A DNA stretch of 64,000 nucleotides. It comes from Octopus sinensis. Taxonomy: Eukaryota. Under the pieces are notes generated by a model. That model was not told where the DNA came from, did no database searches, and was given only the letters and a program-made list of their open reading frames with translations. The translations under genes and the position numbers were made by a program. Where the stretch lies: positions 32,363,360 to 32,427,359 of the forward strand of contig NC_043019.1 in assembly GCF_006345805.1 (NCBI RefSeq). Direction: 5' to 3'. Of this stretch, positions 27,156-39,663 are shown piece by piece. Positions within the stretch are counted from its first letter, which is position 1, and every line of letters starts with the position of its first letter.

Positions 27156-28227
27156 CTCCCCAGTACCACCTGACTGGCTTTCGTGCCAGTGGCGCATAAA
27201 AGACACCATTCGAGCATGGTTGTTGCCAGTGCTGCCTGATTGGCCCTCGTGCCAGTGGCATTTAAAAAGCACCCACTACATTCTCAGAGTGGTTGGCATT
27301 AGGAAGGGCATCTGGCTGTAGAAACCTTGCCAGGTCAGATTGGAGCCTGTTGCAGCCTCCTGGCTTTCCAGTCCTCAGTCAAACCATCCAATCCATGCCA
27401 GCATGGAAAGCGAATGTTAAACAATGATGATGATGATATGTTTATAAAAATAACAACTTAAATGTAGAATGAAGGGACATGAAATTGACATAACACCTGT
27501 TTCTGTAAACAAACAATTTATTCCATATCTCTTACAATGTTATGCAATACAGGCCACAACATAGGGAACTATGTAATAATCCTATAGCCAGGATCATAAC
27601 TATCCCCTATATATTTATATATATATTTTAGATTTTCCCTTCATTGTCACTGAAGATAACTGGGTTGTCAGCTTTACATTTTGTGGGTCCTGAGGTTGCT
27701 TTTTAGGCCTATTATGGCATAAAATCTGTGGTTGGGATTCAGTGGGACTTTTGCTTTCCCTGCAGCCCTCGTCTCTTTAGATTCTCTAAAGTTATCTTGG
27801 TGTATAAGTTGACCTACCAATTTTTACCTGGAAATATTTCACATAAGCCAGAAACTAGGGTATGTGCATACATGAGACAAGAAGGGTACAATTTGAAAGA
27901 AATTCAGCTGCTATTTCTAACAGGTTGAACAGCCATGTAGAAGTTTCCTTCGTTGGCTCCATACATAGATACATACAGTAGTTTCTGGCACACAAATCAA
28001 CATAGTATATAGTGTAAACATTCAAACATTGTCACTATCTTTCCAAATCCTGCCACATTTTTGGTCCTCCAAAGTCGTTTTGGTGTATAGGTCAACCTAC
28101 CCCCTTTTTTAAAACTGAAAATCTGTTTGGAAAATTTGGTATATGCGAATATTTGATAAATGGAGATTGTTCAGAAGCCTATCCATATGAGACACATTTA
28201 TTTATTTATTTCTTTAAATCTTTTCAG

Positions 28228-28349
28228 ATCTAACTGTGTAAATGTGTTAGTGACAACCACTCAGCTTGTGCCTGCATTAGCTAAGGTGTTGCTTTATGGT
28301 CTGGGAGGAGTTTTCTCAATTGAAAACATATACAGTGCAACAAAAATAG
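28228..28349 (+). CDS. eya: eyes absent, exon E (phase 2-1): [40 protein letters not shown](G)
   Basis: Contains the VLVTTTQL and SATKIG motifs of the Eya HAD fold; tttcAG acceptor, GTTGGT donor; 122 nt. Confidence 0.97.
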
Positions 28350-28886
28350 GTTGGTAAACTCATTTCTTTCCACCTCTCTCTCTCTCTCTCTCTATGCATG
28401 CAGCATGTGTGTTTGTTTTTTTGTCTGTCTCTGTGTTCATAGCTGTATTTGTTTGTGTGAATGTCATTCTCTCCTCTTTCTTCATATATATATATATATA
28501 TATGTATAAAGCATGTGCTGGTACTGTGTTAATGCATCCATGCTGGTGCTACATAAACACACTCATGCCAGTGTTACATAAATGAACCCGTGCCAGTGCT
28601 ACATATCATATATATCCAGCACCAGATGACTGGCTTTTGTGCCAGTGATGCATAAAAGACACCATTCGAGCATGGTCATTGCCAGTGGCATTTAAAAAGC
28701 ACCCACTACATTCTCAGAGTGGTTGGCATTAGGAAGGGCATCTGGCTGTAGAAACCTTGCCAGATCAGACTGGAGCCTGGTGCACATACATGCACTCGTG
28801 CCATTGCTACATAAATGCACCCGTGTTTGGTGCTACGTAAACACACCCATGCCAGTGCTGAGTAAATGCACCCATGCTGGTGCTGC

Positions 28887-29243
28887 TTGTTTGTTTGCTG
28901 AGCGAAGCGGTCTTCGTCCCAGTGGGAGAAGTCCGAAACGTGGTCCTTTGCTATTCGTAAGACCCGCAGAAGAGAAAGCAGGTCAACCCCCGACACCAAG
29001 AGCATCGACGGATGGATGAATGCACATCCAGGCTCAGCGGTTGTGTAGGAAGTCTGGGACAAGATACAGGAAGAAAGAGTGAGTGAAAGAGTACAACGGG
29101 TTGCCACCACCCCCTGCCAGAGCCTCGTGAAGCTTTAGGTGTTTTCGCTCAATAAACATACACAATGCCTGGTCTGAGAACTGAAACCGCGATCTTCCGA
29201 CCACGAGTCCGTTGCCCTAACCACTGGGCCATTGCGCCTCCAC
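28887..29243 (-). mobile_element. SINE, head A with tail c, 12-bp TSD, inserted into an RTE-tail element
   Basis: TSD TGCTGGTGCTGC at 28875 and 29244; sense-strand end (AAAC)n. Confidence 0.85.
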
Positions 29244-29821
29244 TGCTGGTGCTGCATAAATGCATCCATGCCCGTGGTATATAAAAAGCACCCAGCTCAC
29301 TCTATAAAGTGGTTGGCATTAGGAAGGTCATCCAGCCATAGAAACCATGCCACAACAGAGAGCTGGAGTCTGAACAGTTCCATGGCTATCCAGCCCCATG
29401 TCAAACTGTCCAGCCCATGCCAGCATGGATAGTGGATGCTAAGCGATGATGATGATAATGTGTATAAGGTGCTGAGCTGGCAGAATTGATTACATGCCCA
29501 GCAAAATACTTAGAATATAAAAGATAGATGAAATGTTGCTGAGTTCAAATTCCACCTACGCAGAATTTACCTTTCATTACCAGTTGAACTTTGGGATCGA
29601 TGTAATCAACTTACCCGCCAAATTTCAGGCCTTGTTCCTATAGTAGAAAGGTTTATTATTATTGAGGCAGCAAGCTGGCGGATCCATTAGCCAGCTGTAG
29701 AAATGAGTTGTGATGCTGCTGGTGCCAAGCTGTATCGGCCTTTGTCTTTCCCTTGGATAATAACATCGGTGGCATGGAGAAGGGAGACTGGTATGCCTGG
29801 GCGACTGCTGGTCATCCTTAA

Positions 29822-30041
29822 CCCTTTTGTTACTAAACTGGCTGAAACCGGCTCTGGCTCTGAGTACAAATGTCTTGTTTTCATGAGTTTTGAATTAAAA
29901 TCTTCCAACAAACCTTAGTCGCAATTTATGTTCCTAACACTAGGTTAATGATAACTAAGTTATTTTACTAAATTCTTCGTTATATTTAAAGTAATTGAAA
30001 AGAACACAGAGCACTTCAAAATAAATACGGTAACGAAAGGG
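29822..30041. mobile_element. piggyBac-type MITE inserted into a head B/tail d SINE
   Basis: TTAA at 29818-21 and 30042-45; terminal CCCTTTTGTTAC / GTAACGAAAGGG; host SINE resumes after the insert. Confidence 0.85.
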
Positions 30042-30280
30042 TTAAACAACTTTGACCAGACTTGTACTTTGGAGAGGAACTTTCTAGGTGCAATCCCATG
30101 GTCGTTCATGACCAAAGGAGCTCTTTACACTTGCTCTTAACTGAAATTTAATGGTGGGGATCCAAGTTCAGATTCCTGCTTACTGTAACATGATATTACA
30201 GTTCTCTCCCCCCCAACACACACACACACACACACACATTTTCATCTCCGTTTTCACTGTCTTTTTCTTTCTCTCCTTAG

Positions 30281-30381
30281 GAAAAGAAAGCTGTTTTGAA
30301 AGAATAGTATCTCGATTTGGGCGGAAGTGTACCTACGTTGTCGTTGGTGATGGTCGGGATGAAGAAGCTGCTGCTAAACAG
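30281..30381 (+). CDS. eya: eyes absent, exon F (phase 1-0): [33 protein letters not shown]
   Basis: KESCFERI and GDGxDEE (acidic HAD motif); ccttAG acceptor, GTAATG donor; 101 nt. Confidence 0.97.
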
Positions 30382-30399
30382 GTAATGACTTCCATCTCT

Positions 30400-30740
30400 C
30401 ACCTGCACATTCAATTCTCTACACCTGTAAATAGTATACAAACTCACACCTGTGAGTGTGTGTGTGTGTGTGTATATACATACATACACATACATCCATG
30501 TAAATATACATACATAAATACACACACACACATATACATACATATATATACATACATATACACACATACACACACATACATACATACACACACATACATA
30601 CATACACACAAACATAAACATACATATACACATACACACACATACATATACACACATACACGCACACACACAAATACACACACACACACACAAATACATA
30701 CATACATACATACACCTATATATATATATATATATAACTT
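30400..30740. repeat. Compound (CA)/(TA)/(TACA) microsatellite
   Basis: Direct inspection. Confidence 0.9.
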
Positions 30741-31386
30741 ACTTGGAGAAGAGAAAACAACGCGTGCGTTCAGTCATATAACAATTTAATAAATAAATAA
30801 AACATGCATATATACATACATATATGTACATACCTACATCTACATGTATGTATACAGGCATATATGAGTACAGGACACCACAAATAAACGTAGAACGCAA
30901 CGAGAAACGAAAACATAAAATCAAACAAGGAAACGGACTTTTTTTAACAAAAAAAAAAACAGAGTACAAGACAAACAATACAAGGAAAATTCCCCTTCAT
31001 CAAATAAAGATAGACTTGTTTTCTATTCCAAAGAAAAACGATTATGCAACCGAAGAGTTTAAAGCACCAGTAATGATAAGGCTGTTGACTGGGAGAACAC
31101 AAACATGGTTTAAACAGTAAGCTTGGCAGGAAAGAAAATGTGCCCTTAAGCAGTACAAAACGACAAAAAATGGAAGGTACAGGTTGACTAAAGAAAAGTA
31201 GGACAAAAACAGCTTTATCGATCACATTCTCACCTGGAATCGATTTTTGTAATTTTTTTCAAGACTTATACATGCCCTGATACCGTTGGTATCTACATAT
31301 GAAATTTGAGTGCAATCAGATGGAGGATGCCCGAGATCCGATAAGACACACAGACAGAATGGATTTTATATAAGAGATATAATTAT

Positions 31387-31790
31387 AGGCGCAGGAGTGG
31401 CTGTGTGGTAAGTAGCTTGCTAACCAACCACATGGTTCCGGGTTCAGTCCCACTGCGTGGCATCTTGGGCAAGTGTCTTCTGCTATAGCCCCGGGCCGAC
31501 CAATGCCTTGTGAGTGGATTTGGTAGACGGAAACTGAAAGAAGCCTGTCGTATATATATGTATATAAGTGTGTATGTGTATATGTTTGTGTGTCTGTATT
31601 TGTCCCCCTAGCATTGCTTGACAACCGATGCTGGTGTGTTTACGTCCCCGTCACTTAGCGGTTCGGCAAAAAGAGACCGATAGAATAAGTACTGGGCTTA
31701 CAAAGAATAAGTCCTGGGGTCGATTTGCTCGACTAAAGGCGGTGCTCCAGCATGGCCGCAGTCAAATGACTGAAACAAGTAAAAAGAGAG
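31387..31790 (+). mobile_element. SINE family C copy, young
   Basis: 5' about 170 bp appears identical to the copy at 47434. Confidence 0.9.
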
Positions 31791-31878
31791 AGTATGTTGA
31801 TTTTTGGATTTGTTTAGTTCTTAAATTAATATTTTTTGTTTTATGTTAATTAATTTTTCTTGTTTCATTCTTTTCTAG

Positions 31879-31959
31879 ATGAACTGGCCATTTTGGCGGA
31901 TCTCGAACCATTCCGATCTGGCAGCCCTGCACCATGCTCTGGAACTCAGTTACCTCTAG
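31879..31959 (+). CDS. eya: eyes absent, terminal coding exon G: MNWPFWRISNHSDLAALHHALELSYL*
   Basis: Canonical Eya C-terminus PFWRIS.HSDL.AL.HALEL.YL; ttctAG acceptor; TAG at 31957-59. Confidence 0.97.
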   Translation: MNWPFWRISNHSDLAALHHALELSYL

Positions 31960-32600
31960 CAACTTGGTTCCAGGAAGTGGGGTGGGTGGGTGATTGGGCA
32001 GGTGCAGGAGGGGGGGTTGTTCCTTCACCACAAACCAGCAGCTTTGCAGCCTTGACTCCTGCTGCTGCTGCCGCCAGCACTACCATTCACGACAGTATCA
32101 GCAGCAGCAGCTCTTCTCCCCACTACCCATTTACCCTCGCCCCACCCCCTCTCCATGCGACCCATCTCTACGCCCCCAAGTCCATCAGATTTGCTCACAA
32201 CTTCACCCCTCCCCCACATCCTTTTTATCATCTCATACACTTCCTACCACCATTCTTGTCCTCTCGTGGCCTCCCCCTCAACATCTCCCCCACCATCATT
32301 GCACTCCTTTTTTTTTTTTTGTTCTTCTCTTTCTCATGATAAATTGTTTTAGAGTATGTGTTATATATCATTTAATAACAACAGGGTTTATTTTTATGTG
32401 AGCGACTTTAAGTTTCATGGTACGATGGTGCAGTATTCAGAGGAACTTGTATAGCACACTGTGTCCTATGAATAGAAATACAAATCACAAATCCTGTTTC
32501 TATTAAATGATATTTATCTTTCACTGGATTGAGTACTTTTTCATTGATCCCAACCAACAAACAAACAACATATGTGTATTTGATAAATATATATATATGT
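31960..32600 (+). other. eya: eya 3' UTR, proximal part (distal end undetermined)
   Basis: Directly follows the stop; G-rich then C-rich, SINE-free. First clear AATAAA seen is near 33406, but a longer UTR cannot be excluded. Confidence 0.6.
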
Positions 32601-35086
32601 ACATACATACATACAACCACATGCATGGTGACCATAGCACATATTCCAACATCTTTTACCCTTAGCAGTAAACTGTCAACAAAACTATGTTGGATGATAA
32701 ACTTATTATTATTATTAATTTTAATATGTAAGCCGACAGAATCATTAGTGCTGCAGAACAAATTGCTTTGTACCAATTTTTCTGCGTTCAAAGTCTGCCA
32801 ATGTTGACTTGGCTTATCATTCTCTCGGGGAAGCGGGGGCAGTTGATAAGATAAAGTACCAGTGATGTTCTGTGGTTGATGTAATCGACTTGCCTTCTCC
32901 TTTCGAATTGCTGACCCTAAGGTAGAATTTAGGGAGAATTATTTTGCTTAAGTTCAACTTTGCTTGGACTTAATGTACATTGAGTTCATTAATGAACTCA
33001 GATTATATGCGTCCAACTTGCTCACAATTCTGCCAGCTTGTTAAGAATAATAACAATAACTATTATTAATAATAATAGTTATTATCTGGCAAAAACCCAA
33101 GGTAGCTAAATTTTTAAAATTTATTTTGTTGGTGGGGAAAGAGGTGCATTGAGAGGGTTGATTAGATTTAGAAAAGAAAAACAAGGAGATATATAATATA
33201 CATACATTTGTATACATGCACCCACATATACACGAGGGATGACCATATCATATATTCCATCATTTTTGGTCTTAGCAGTAATCTAATATCAACAAAACTA
33301 TGTTCTAAATTTCAAACCCCGAAGAATTTGAAGATCATAAAGAGGAACATGTAAATAACAAAATAGGGCATTGTATCCAAAATTCTGCTATTTTAACATT
33401 TCTCCAATAAAAATAATAATGGGTATTTTTGTAAAAACTTTTAAACAATAGCTAGACACAAAAAATGCACAAGATCAAATGCAAATTGTCTGGACAGAAC
33501 AGTTTAGAACAGGGTTCATTCTAGATTGGTTTGGATCAAACTTTACTAGACTGGTGCCAATTAGAAGCGCCAAAGATTTTCTGGATTTAACATTTACACC
33601 TAAAGGTTTTCCGGAAATAACCCTTACACCTAAAATTGTTGACAGATCAAAAGTAGTACTCTGTCGGTTAAGACAATGAGGGTTCCTGTTGATCTGATCG
33701 AGAGGAACAGCCTGCTTGTGAAATTAACATGCAAGTGGCTGAGTACTCCACAGACACAACTCTCTTTAATGTAGTTCTCAGGGAGATTCAGTGTCACAAA
33801 CATAATGTGACAAGGCTGGCCCCTTTGAAATACAGGTATTACTCATTTTGCCAGCATGAAATAAAGGGTTTTTACTCAAGGATATGGCACACCACCAGGA
33901 ATTGAACTCACACCCTCAAGATCTTGAGCTGAATACCCTAACCATTAATCCATGCTTCATGACATCATTGTTATGTGTGTCTTATCTGTCTTTATAGAAG
34001 AATATCAGGAAATTCAGATTTCCTGTGATATTATTTCATGGTCAGAATCACCCAAATGCACTCAAAAGGGGCAGCATTGGAGGATGACCCTAATTAGCTA
34101 AAAACTGAAGCAGCAGTTTTTTTTTATGTATTAGGCTTGCAATATTCTTGATATGAAATCATGTCTCAAAACAAATTTTTTATTTTTGGAGGGTCGTTGT
34201 GTAAATAATAAACACACACGTGGGTCCAATTTCACTTCCTTATTATTAGTTAGTTGGTTAAACAACTAACTAGTTTTCTAATAATAAAGAAGTGAAATTG
34301 AACCAGTGTATGTGTGTTATTGGCATAATGGCCCTCCCAAGATATAAACAAAACATTCAGACTTAGGAGTTAAACAATGGGACTCTCTCTCTCTCTCTCT
34401 CAGCAAAGCAAATTTTAAGACCACTCTGATTCAATTAGTTATTGCTGTTTTATCAAAGCATCCTCTTAAGATTACACTGCTGTTTCTCTCTTTGTAGGAT
34501 AGAGTTCTAAAAAAAATGCTACATGTGTGTTGTGAACTGACAATTGGCAAACAGCAGCAGTTCTTTGTAATCTTTGCTTTACATTGACCTAATGAGTATG
34601 TGTGTGTGTATATATAAAGGATAAATGACCAAAAAACACAAGAGACAAGATTTAGCAAAGGTGTTATTAGTCTAACGCTTAAAAGAAAAGGGAAAGGATC
34701 CTTAATGTTTTGGACACTAGCACTTCATCAGGAAAAGGAGTGGCAAAAGAAAGAAAAGTGGTGAGGAGATAACAAACAAACACACACTCACAATTAAGTA
34801 AATGCATTTGTCTACAAACTAAAGGCAAAAGAACTCAATACAAAGAGTTTGAAATTTATATTTTGAAACTGACATATCACATCTCCAATCACCTGTCATT
34901 TTCTTCTGATGAGGGCGACCTGGCTTCCCCTAACAGACCCATTGAAACTTGTTATTACATACATCAACATGGGTCTTTATTATATATGAACGTGCATAAG
35001 CCATAGTGCTCCTATCATTGTCTCTCTCTAAGTTATAGTCCACTCAGTAGAGGTATATAGAAACACATGCATATGTATGTGATGTA

Positions 35087-35122
<36 letters not shown>

Positions 35123-38100
35123 CTCCATGATAAGACATATGACCTACACACACACACATATATATATATATATAGACATATATACACATATTGTGTCCAA
35201 GGAAAATTTTGTTTTTTACTTTATCACTCTTCTTCTCCTTTGCTACCTGTGCATATACTTGGGGTAAAGGAGATTACTTGTAGCTGCTCTACCCTATCAT
35301 AGTGGTCCCTTGTTTTTTTTAGGTTTTTTTTTGGGGGGGGGTAGCCTTAACCTCTCACATTACTTCAACCATTCTTCAACTCACTCCATCTTTCATTCAA
35401 ATTCAACATTTCTCTCAATTCCACAACTCCTTCATCCACTTTTGACCTGACCTGACCTGACCAGACCAGGCCCTGTTCACTCTTCCCCCAACTCACCCTA
35501 ACATCCATACATCCAATTCCAAGTTACTCTTTCCAGTGGGACAGATTTTTTTTTTTTTCATGTTTGGGGTGGGGGGAAGGGTTATGGCACAAATGGGAGT
35601 GAATAAGAACAACAAAGAGGAGTAAAAAAAAACAAAAAGCTGAGGTACAAACCCACCCCTTCTGCCTCGACCTCCATTTCTCCTGTCAAATGGAACTCAT
35701 GCCTGATATTAAATTCTTGACCATCATCCTCGTTTGACCTTCATCCCTGCTTCCCTTCTCTGTCTACCTTCCACAATCCTTAAAAAACATGATCAAAAAC
35801 CAACAAGAAAGGGCATGGTTTGATTTTAATTTGATGACCCTTAAGGATTAAAGAATGTTTCATTAAAACCCCTAAAAGAATAAAATGGCACTAACATCAA
35901 CAACATGAACAGAGTCGAAAACCAGAAGAAACTCTGGGGTTATTATTATTATTATCACATCTTTGTGCCACTACCCGACTCCCTCATCCAGCCCCGCCCC
36001 GTCATGTCACCCCCTCCCTCCCACCCCTCTCACTCCACACTTCCAAAGAAATTTTTAAAATTTATGAAAAAAAAAATAAAATAAAATTTACGAAAGAGAA
36101 ATTATGAAGGAAAGACGAAATTTAAAAAAAAACAAAACAAAGGGATATAAAAAAAAATTATAAAGAAATGTAAAAAAAAAAATTAATAATAAAAGACAAG
36201 ACAAAAATGATTTTAAAATAATAAAAAAATAAAATCCACCATTATGAAAACGAAACAAAAAAAAAATGAGAGAACAACAACAATAACGATGATGATCATA
36301 ATAAAAATAATAACGATGATGATAACAATAATAATAATAATGTTAATTGAGATTGTTTGCTCCTATGTATTGACTGATTTCTTCGTGATATGTAGAATTT
36401 TTTTGGATGCAGTTGAATTTCAAGACAAGGAGTGCTTTTCCGTTAAGAGTTAATAACCTCAATGGAATGGACTCTGTGTATTTTTCCTCTCTGGTATTAA
36501 AAAGAAAAAAAAAAGAAAGAAAAAAACAAAAAACACTAAAAACAAAAAATAACAATTACTGTCATATGTATAAAAAAAATATATTTGTACAGTACTATTT
36601 TTTATTATTATTATTTTTTTTTTTTTTGGCATGTTCATTTGTTATTCATCAGCTGAAAAAAAAAAAAGAAAAAACACCCAAATACAGCTAAGCGGAGCGA
36701 CAGCTAGTGTGTCTGTTTGTTTCTTTATTTTTTGTAGTTTGTTGGTTGAGCTAAAGAAAGATACAGGACCAACCTAAAGGTTTACCAGCTGCAACTATCA
36801 CCCCGTCCCTTTTTTTTTTTGCAGGCACAGTATATCTAGGACTACATCAACTATATATATATATAATGACAAATATTAGTGACAAATATTACCTCTCTGA
36901 GGCTGGCAGAATCGTTAGCACGCCAGGTGAAATGCTTAGCGGTATTTCATCTGTCTTTACATTCTGAGTTCAAATTCCCCCGAGGTTGACTTTGCCTTTT
37001 ATCCTTTCAGAGCCGATAAATTAAGTACCAGTTATGCACTAGGGTTGATGTAATTGACTTAACCCTTTAATGTTCAGATTATTCTATCAAACATAATACT
37101 TATTGATTCCCATTGATTTGAATTAATCATGCATTATCTCATATCTTCAAGATGTTGATGGTGTAATTACCTAATGTAGAATAACATTGTAGGGTAGGTG
37201 TGAGAGGCTGGGTCTGGTCAGTTTGAACATAAAACAGATTAACTATTTTGGCCAGTTTAAATACTAAAGAGTTAAGAGTTAAGCCCTTTGTCTGTCCTTG
37301 CTCGTCTCTTCTATGTTTAGCCCTTTGTGTGCAATAAAGAAATAAATATTTGTCTCCACTTAAATGTGGACATTCCATTGAAACTATACTGCAGTGGTTA
37401 CCATGAGCCACAGAACAGTTTGTTTATAACAGGACATCCACATCCAGGTGGGGGATAAATATTACCTTTCGCTAATAATATTGCTTCTGTCACACATATA
37501 TATGGATTCAGGTAATCTGGTTCTACTCATAAAAAAAAGCTCCTTAATGTATCATTCTACAAAGCATAGAATATATTATTATACAAGAAAAAATTAGGTG
37601 TGTATAAATTCATAAATGACACATGTTCTTCAGTTATGAAACAATCTAAATAATTTTACCTGCATCGCCTTACTAGCACCTGTGCTTGTGGCATGTGAAA
37701 AAACATTTGAGCAAGGTCGTTGCCAGTGCCACTGGACTGGCTCCTGTGCAGGTGACACATAAAAAGTACCATTTGAACGTGGCTGTTGCCAATATACCGC
37801 CAGACTGGCACGTAAAAGCACTCACTACATTCTCGGAGTGGTTGGCCTTAGGAAGAGCATCCAGCTGTAGAAACTCTGCCAGATCAAGACTGGAGCCTGG
37901 TGCAGCCATCTGGTTTGCCAGACCTCAGTCAAATCGTCCAACCCATGCTAGCATGGAAAGCGGACGTTAATGTAGACATGTAATTTATTTATTATTAAAT
38001 TCATCATCGTTGTTTATTTTGAAGGATTTTTTAATGCTGACATGTAAAAAATTATTTACATGTTTAAGTTACAAAAGAATTTAAATGCCCCTGTGGAAAT

Positions 38101-39362
38101 GGGAATAATTTTCCAATGTCGTTATTTTAAATTTCTTAAAGGCAGGAGGCATGTTAACAGAGTTGTTAGCGCATCGGACAAAGTAGCAGAATTTATTCTA
38201 ACTGTTTACATTCTGAGTTTGACTTTGCCTTTCAGGATCAGTAAAATAAGTACCAGTTGAGCGCTGGGGTCAATGTAATTGACTATTTCCCTCCTCCTAA
38301 AAGTATTTGAAGCCATTGTTTCACAACCGCAGGTTCATGAGATGGTTGTGATCTGTAAACAGTTTTGCATAGGAACAGCAAAGCATGAACATGCAATACA
38401 CACGTCAAAGTAAAACGGAAGAGAAAAAATAACACTAGTTATATGATGGTTTTCATGCCACGTCTGACACCACTATCTCACAGCTTTGCTGCAATTTTCT
38501 CATTTTAAATTGCACCTGATCCCCATCCTCAAAAGAGGAGATTCAATTGAATTCCAGAATTGCACAATATGCCCACTGCAGCATTCAGTATCCAGAAGCA
38601 GAGGTTGTTGGTAAAAAACTCCCTCTATTCAATTTGGTTTCAATGACCATGACCATGAATGTGAATACAAGAGGCCAAAATAGGGTCCCTCTGAAGGGTA
38701 TCTGAAGTAACATTACTTGACAGGGTGCATAACTCAGAGATTAAGGAGTCTCTCTAGGTTGAGGCCACTTTGTGGGAGTCAAAGGAAGGAATTGTGAAAC
38801 TAAGAGTGTGATTGCAAACACAAGCAGCCAAAACGGGGTTCCTTTAAACCTGCCCGATCTGGCCTCTCACACCAACCCTACAATATAATTTTTAAAATTA
38901 AGTTTCCTCATGAGAATCACTAAGCTACAAGGTATTTTTCTACTCTAGGCACAAGGCCTAAAATTTTGAGGGAGGGACGAGTCGATTACATCGGCCCCAG
39001 TACGCAACTGGTACTTAATTTATCAACCCCAAAAGGATGAAAGACAAAGTTGACCTTGGCAGAATTTGAACTCGGAACATAAAGACATGAAATACTGCTA
39101 ACATTTCTGCCAGCTTGCTGCCTTTTTAGACACAGGTATTTAAACTGGCCACATCTGACCAAAATATTTTGTTTGTTCTATGTGCAAACCAAACAGATCC
39201 AACCCCTTCTACCTGTCCTAGAATGTCACTGGGAAAGTATGAAGTATGCAAGCACATCATCAAAACCTCGAAGCTGTGACATAATCCATGATCAATTCAA
39301 AAACAATATAAATAAATAAGCATCACATTCGACAAAGAAATCTGAACACGAAAGGGATAAAG

Positions 39363-39663
39363 CAGGGGTTCTCAACCATGGGCCCCCCTTGATTACTATT
39401 TTGTTTTGGTGGACCACTCCATAGTCATTTGTTTAAAAATTAGTTTTGCAGAAACTTCTCCCAAAATTCCCATTTTGTATTTTCACACACTAACTTGTGT
39501 AGATTGATCTATGTAAAATGTCAGGGAAAGGAATCAAGCTGTTTTTCACAATACCTTACAATACATACATCTAAAGCAAAATTTCTTCAGGGGCCCTTAA
39601 AATAGTAAACTGGGGATCCACAATAGTATTTTGTTACATGGACCCCCAGTTGAGAAACCACTG
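39363..39663. mobile_element. hAT-type MITE
   Basis: Termini CAGGGGTTCTCAAC / GTTGAGAAACCACTG; TSD not recognisable. Confidence 0.6.

Noticed and set aside
31994-32401. 135-aa ORF as an independent gene
   Set aside because: Non-ATG start in the C-rich 3' UTR; no recognisable homology. No splice route from the upstream phase-0 or phase-1 exon ends reaches this frame.
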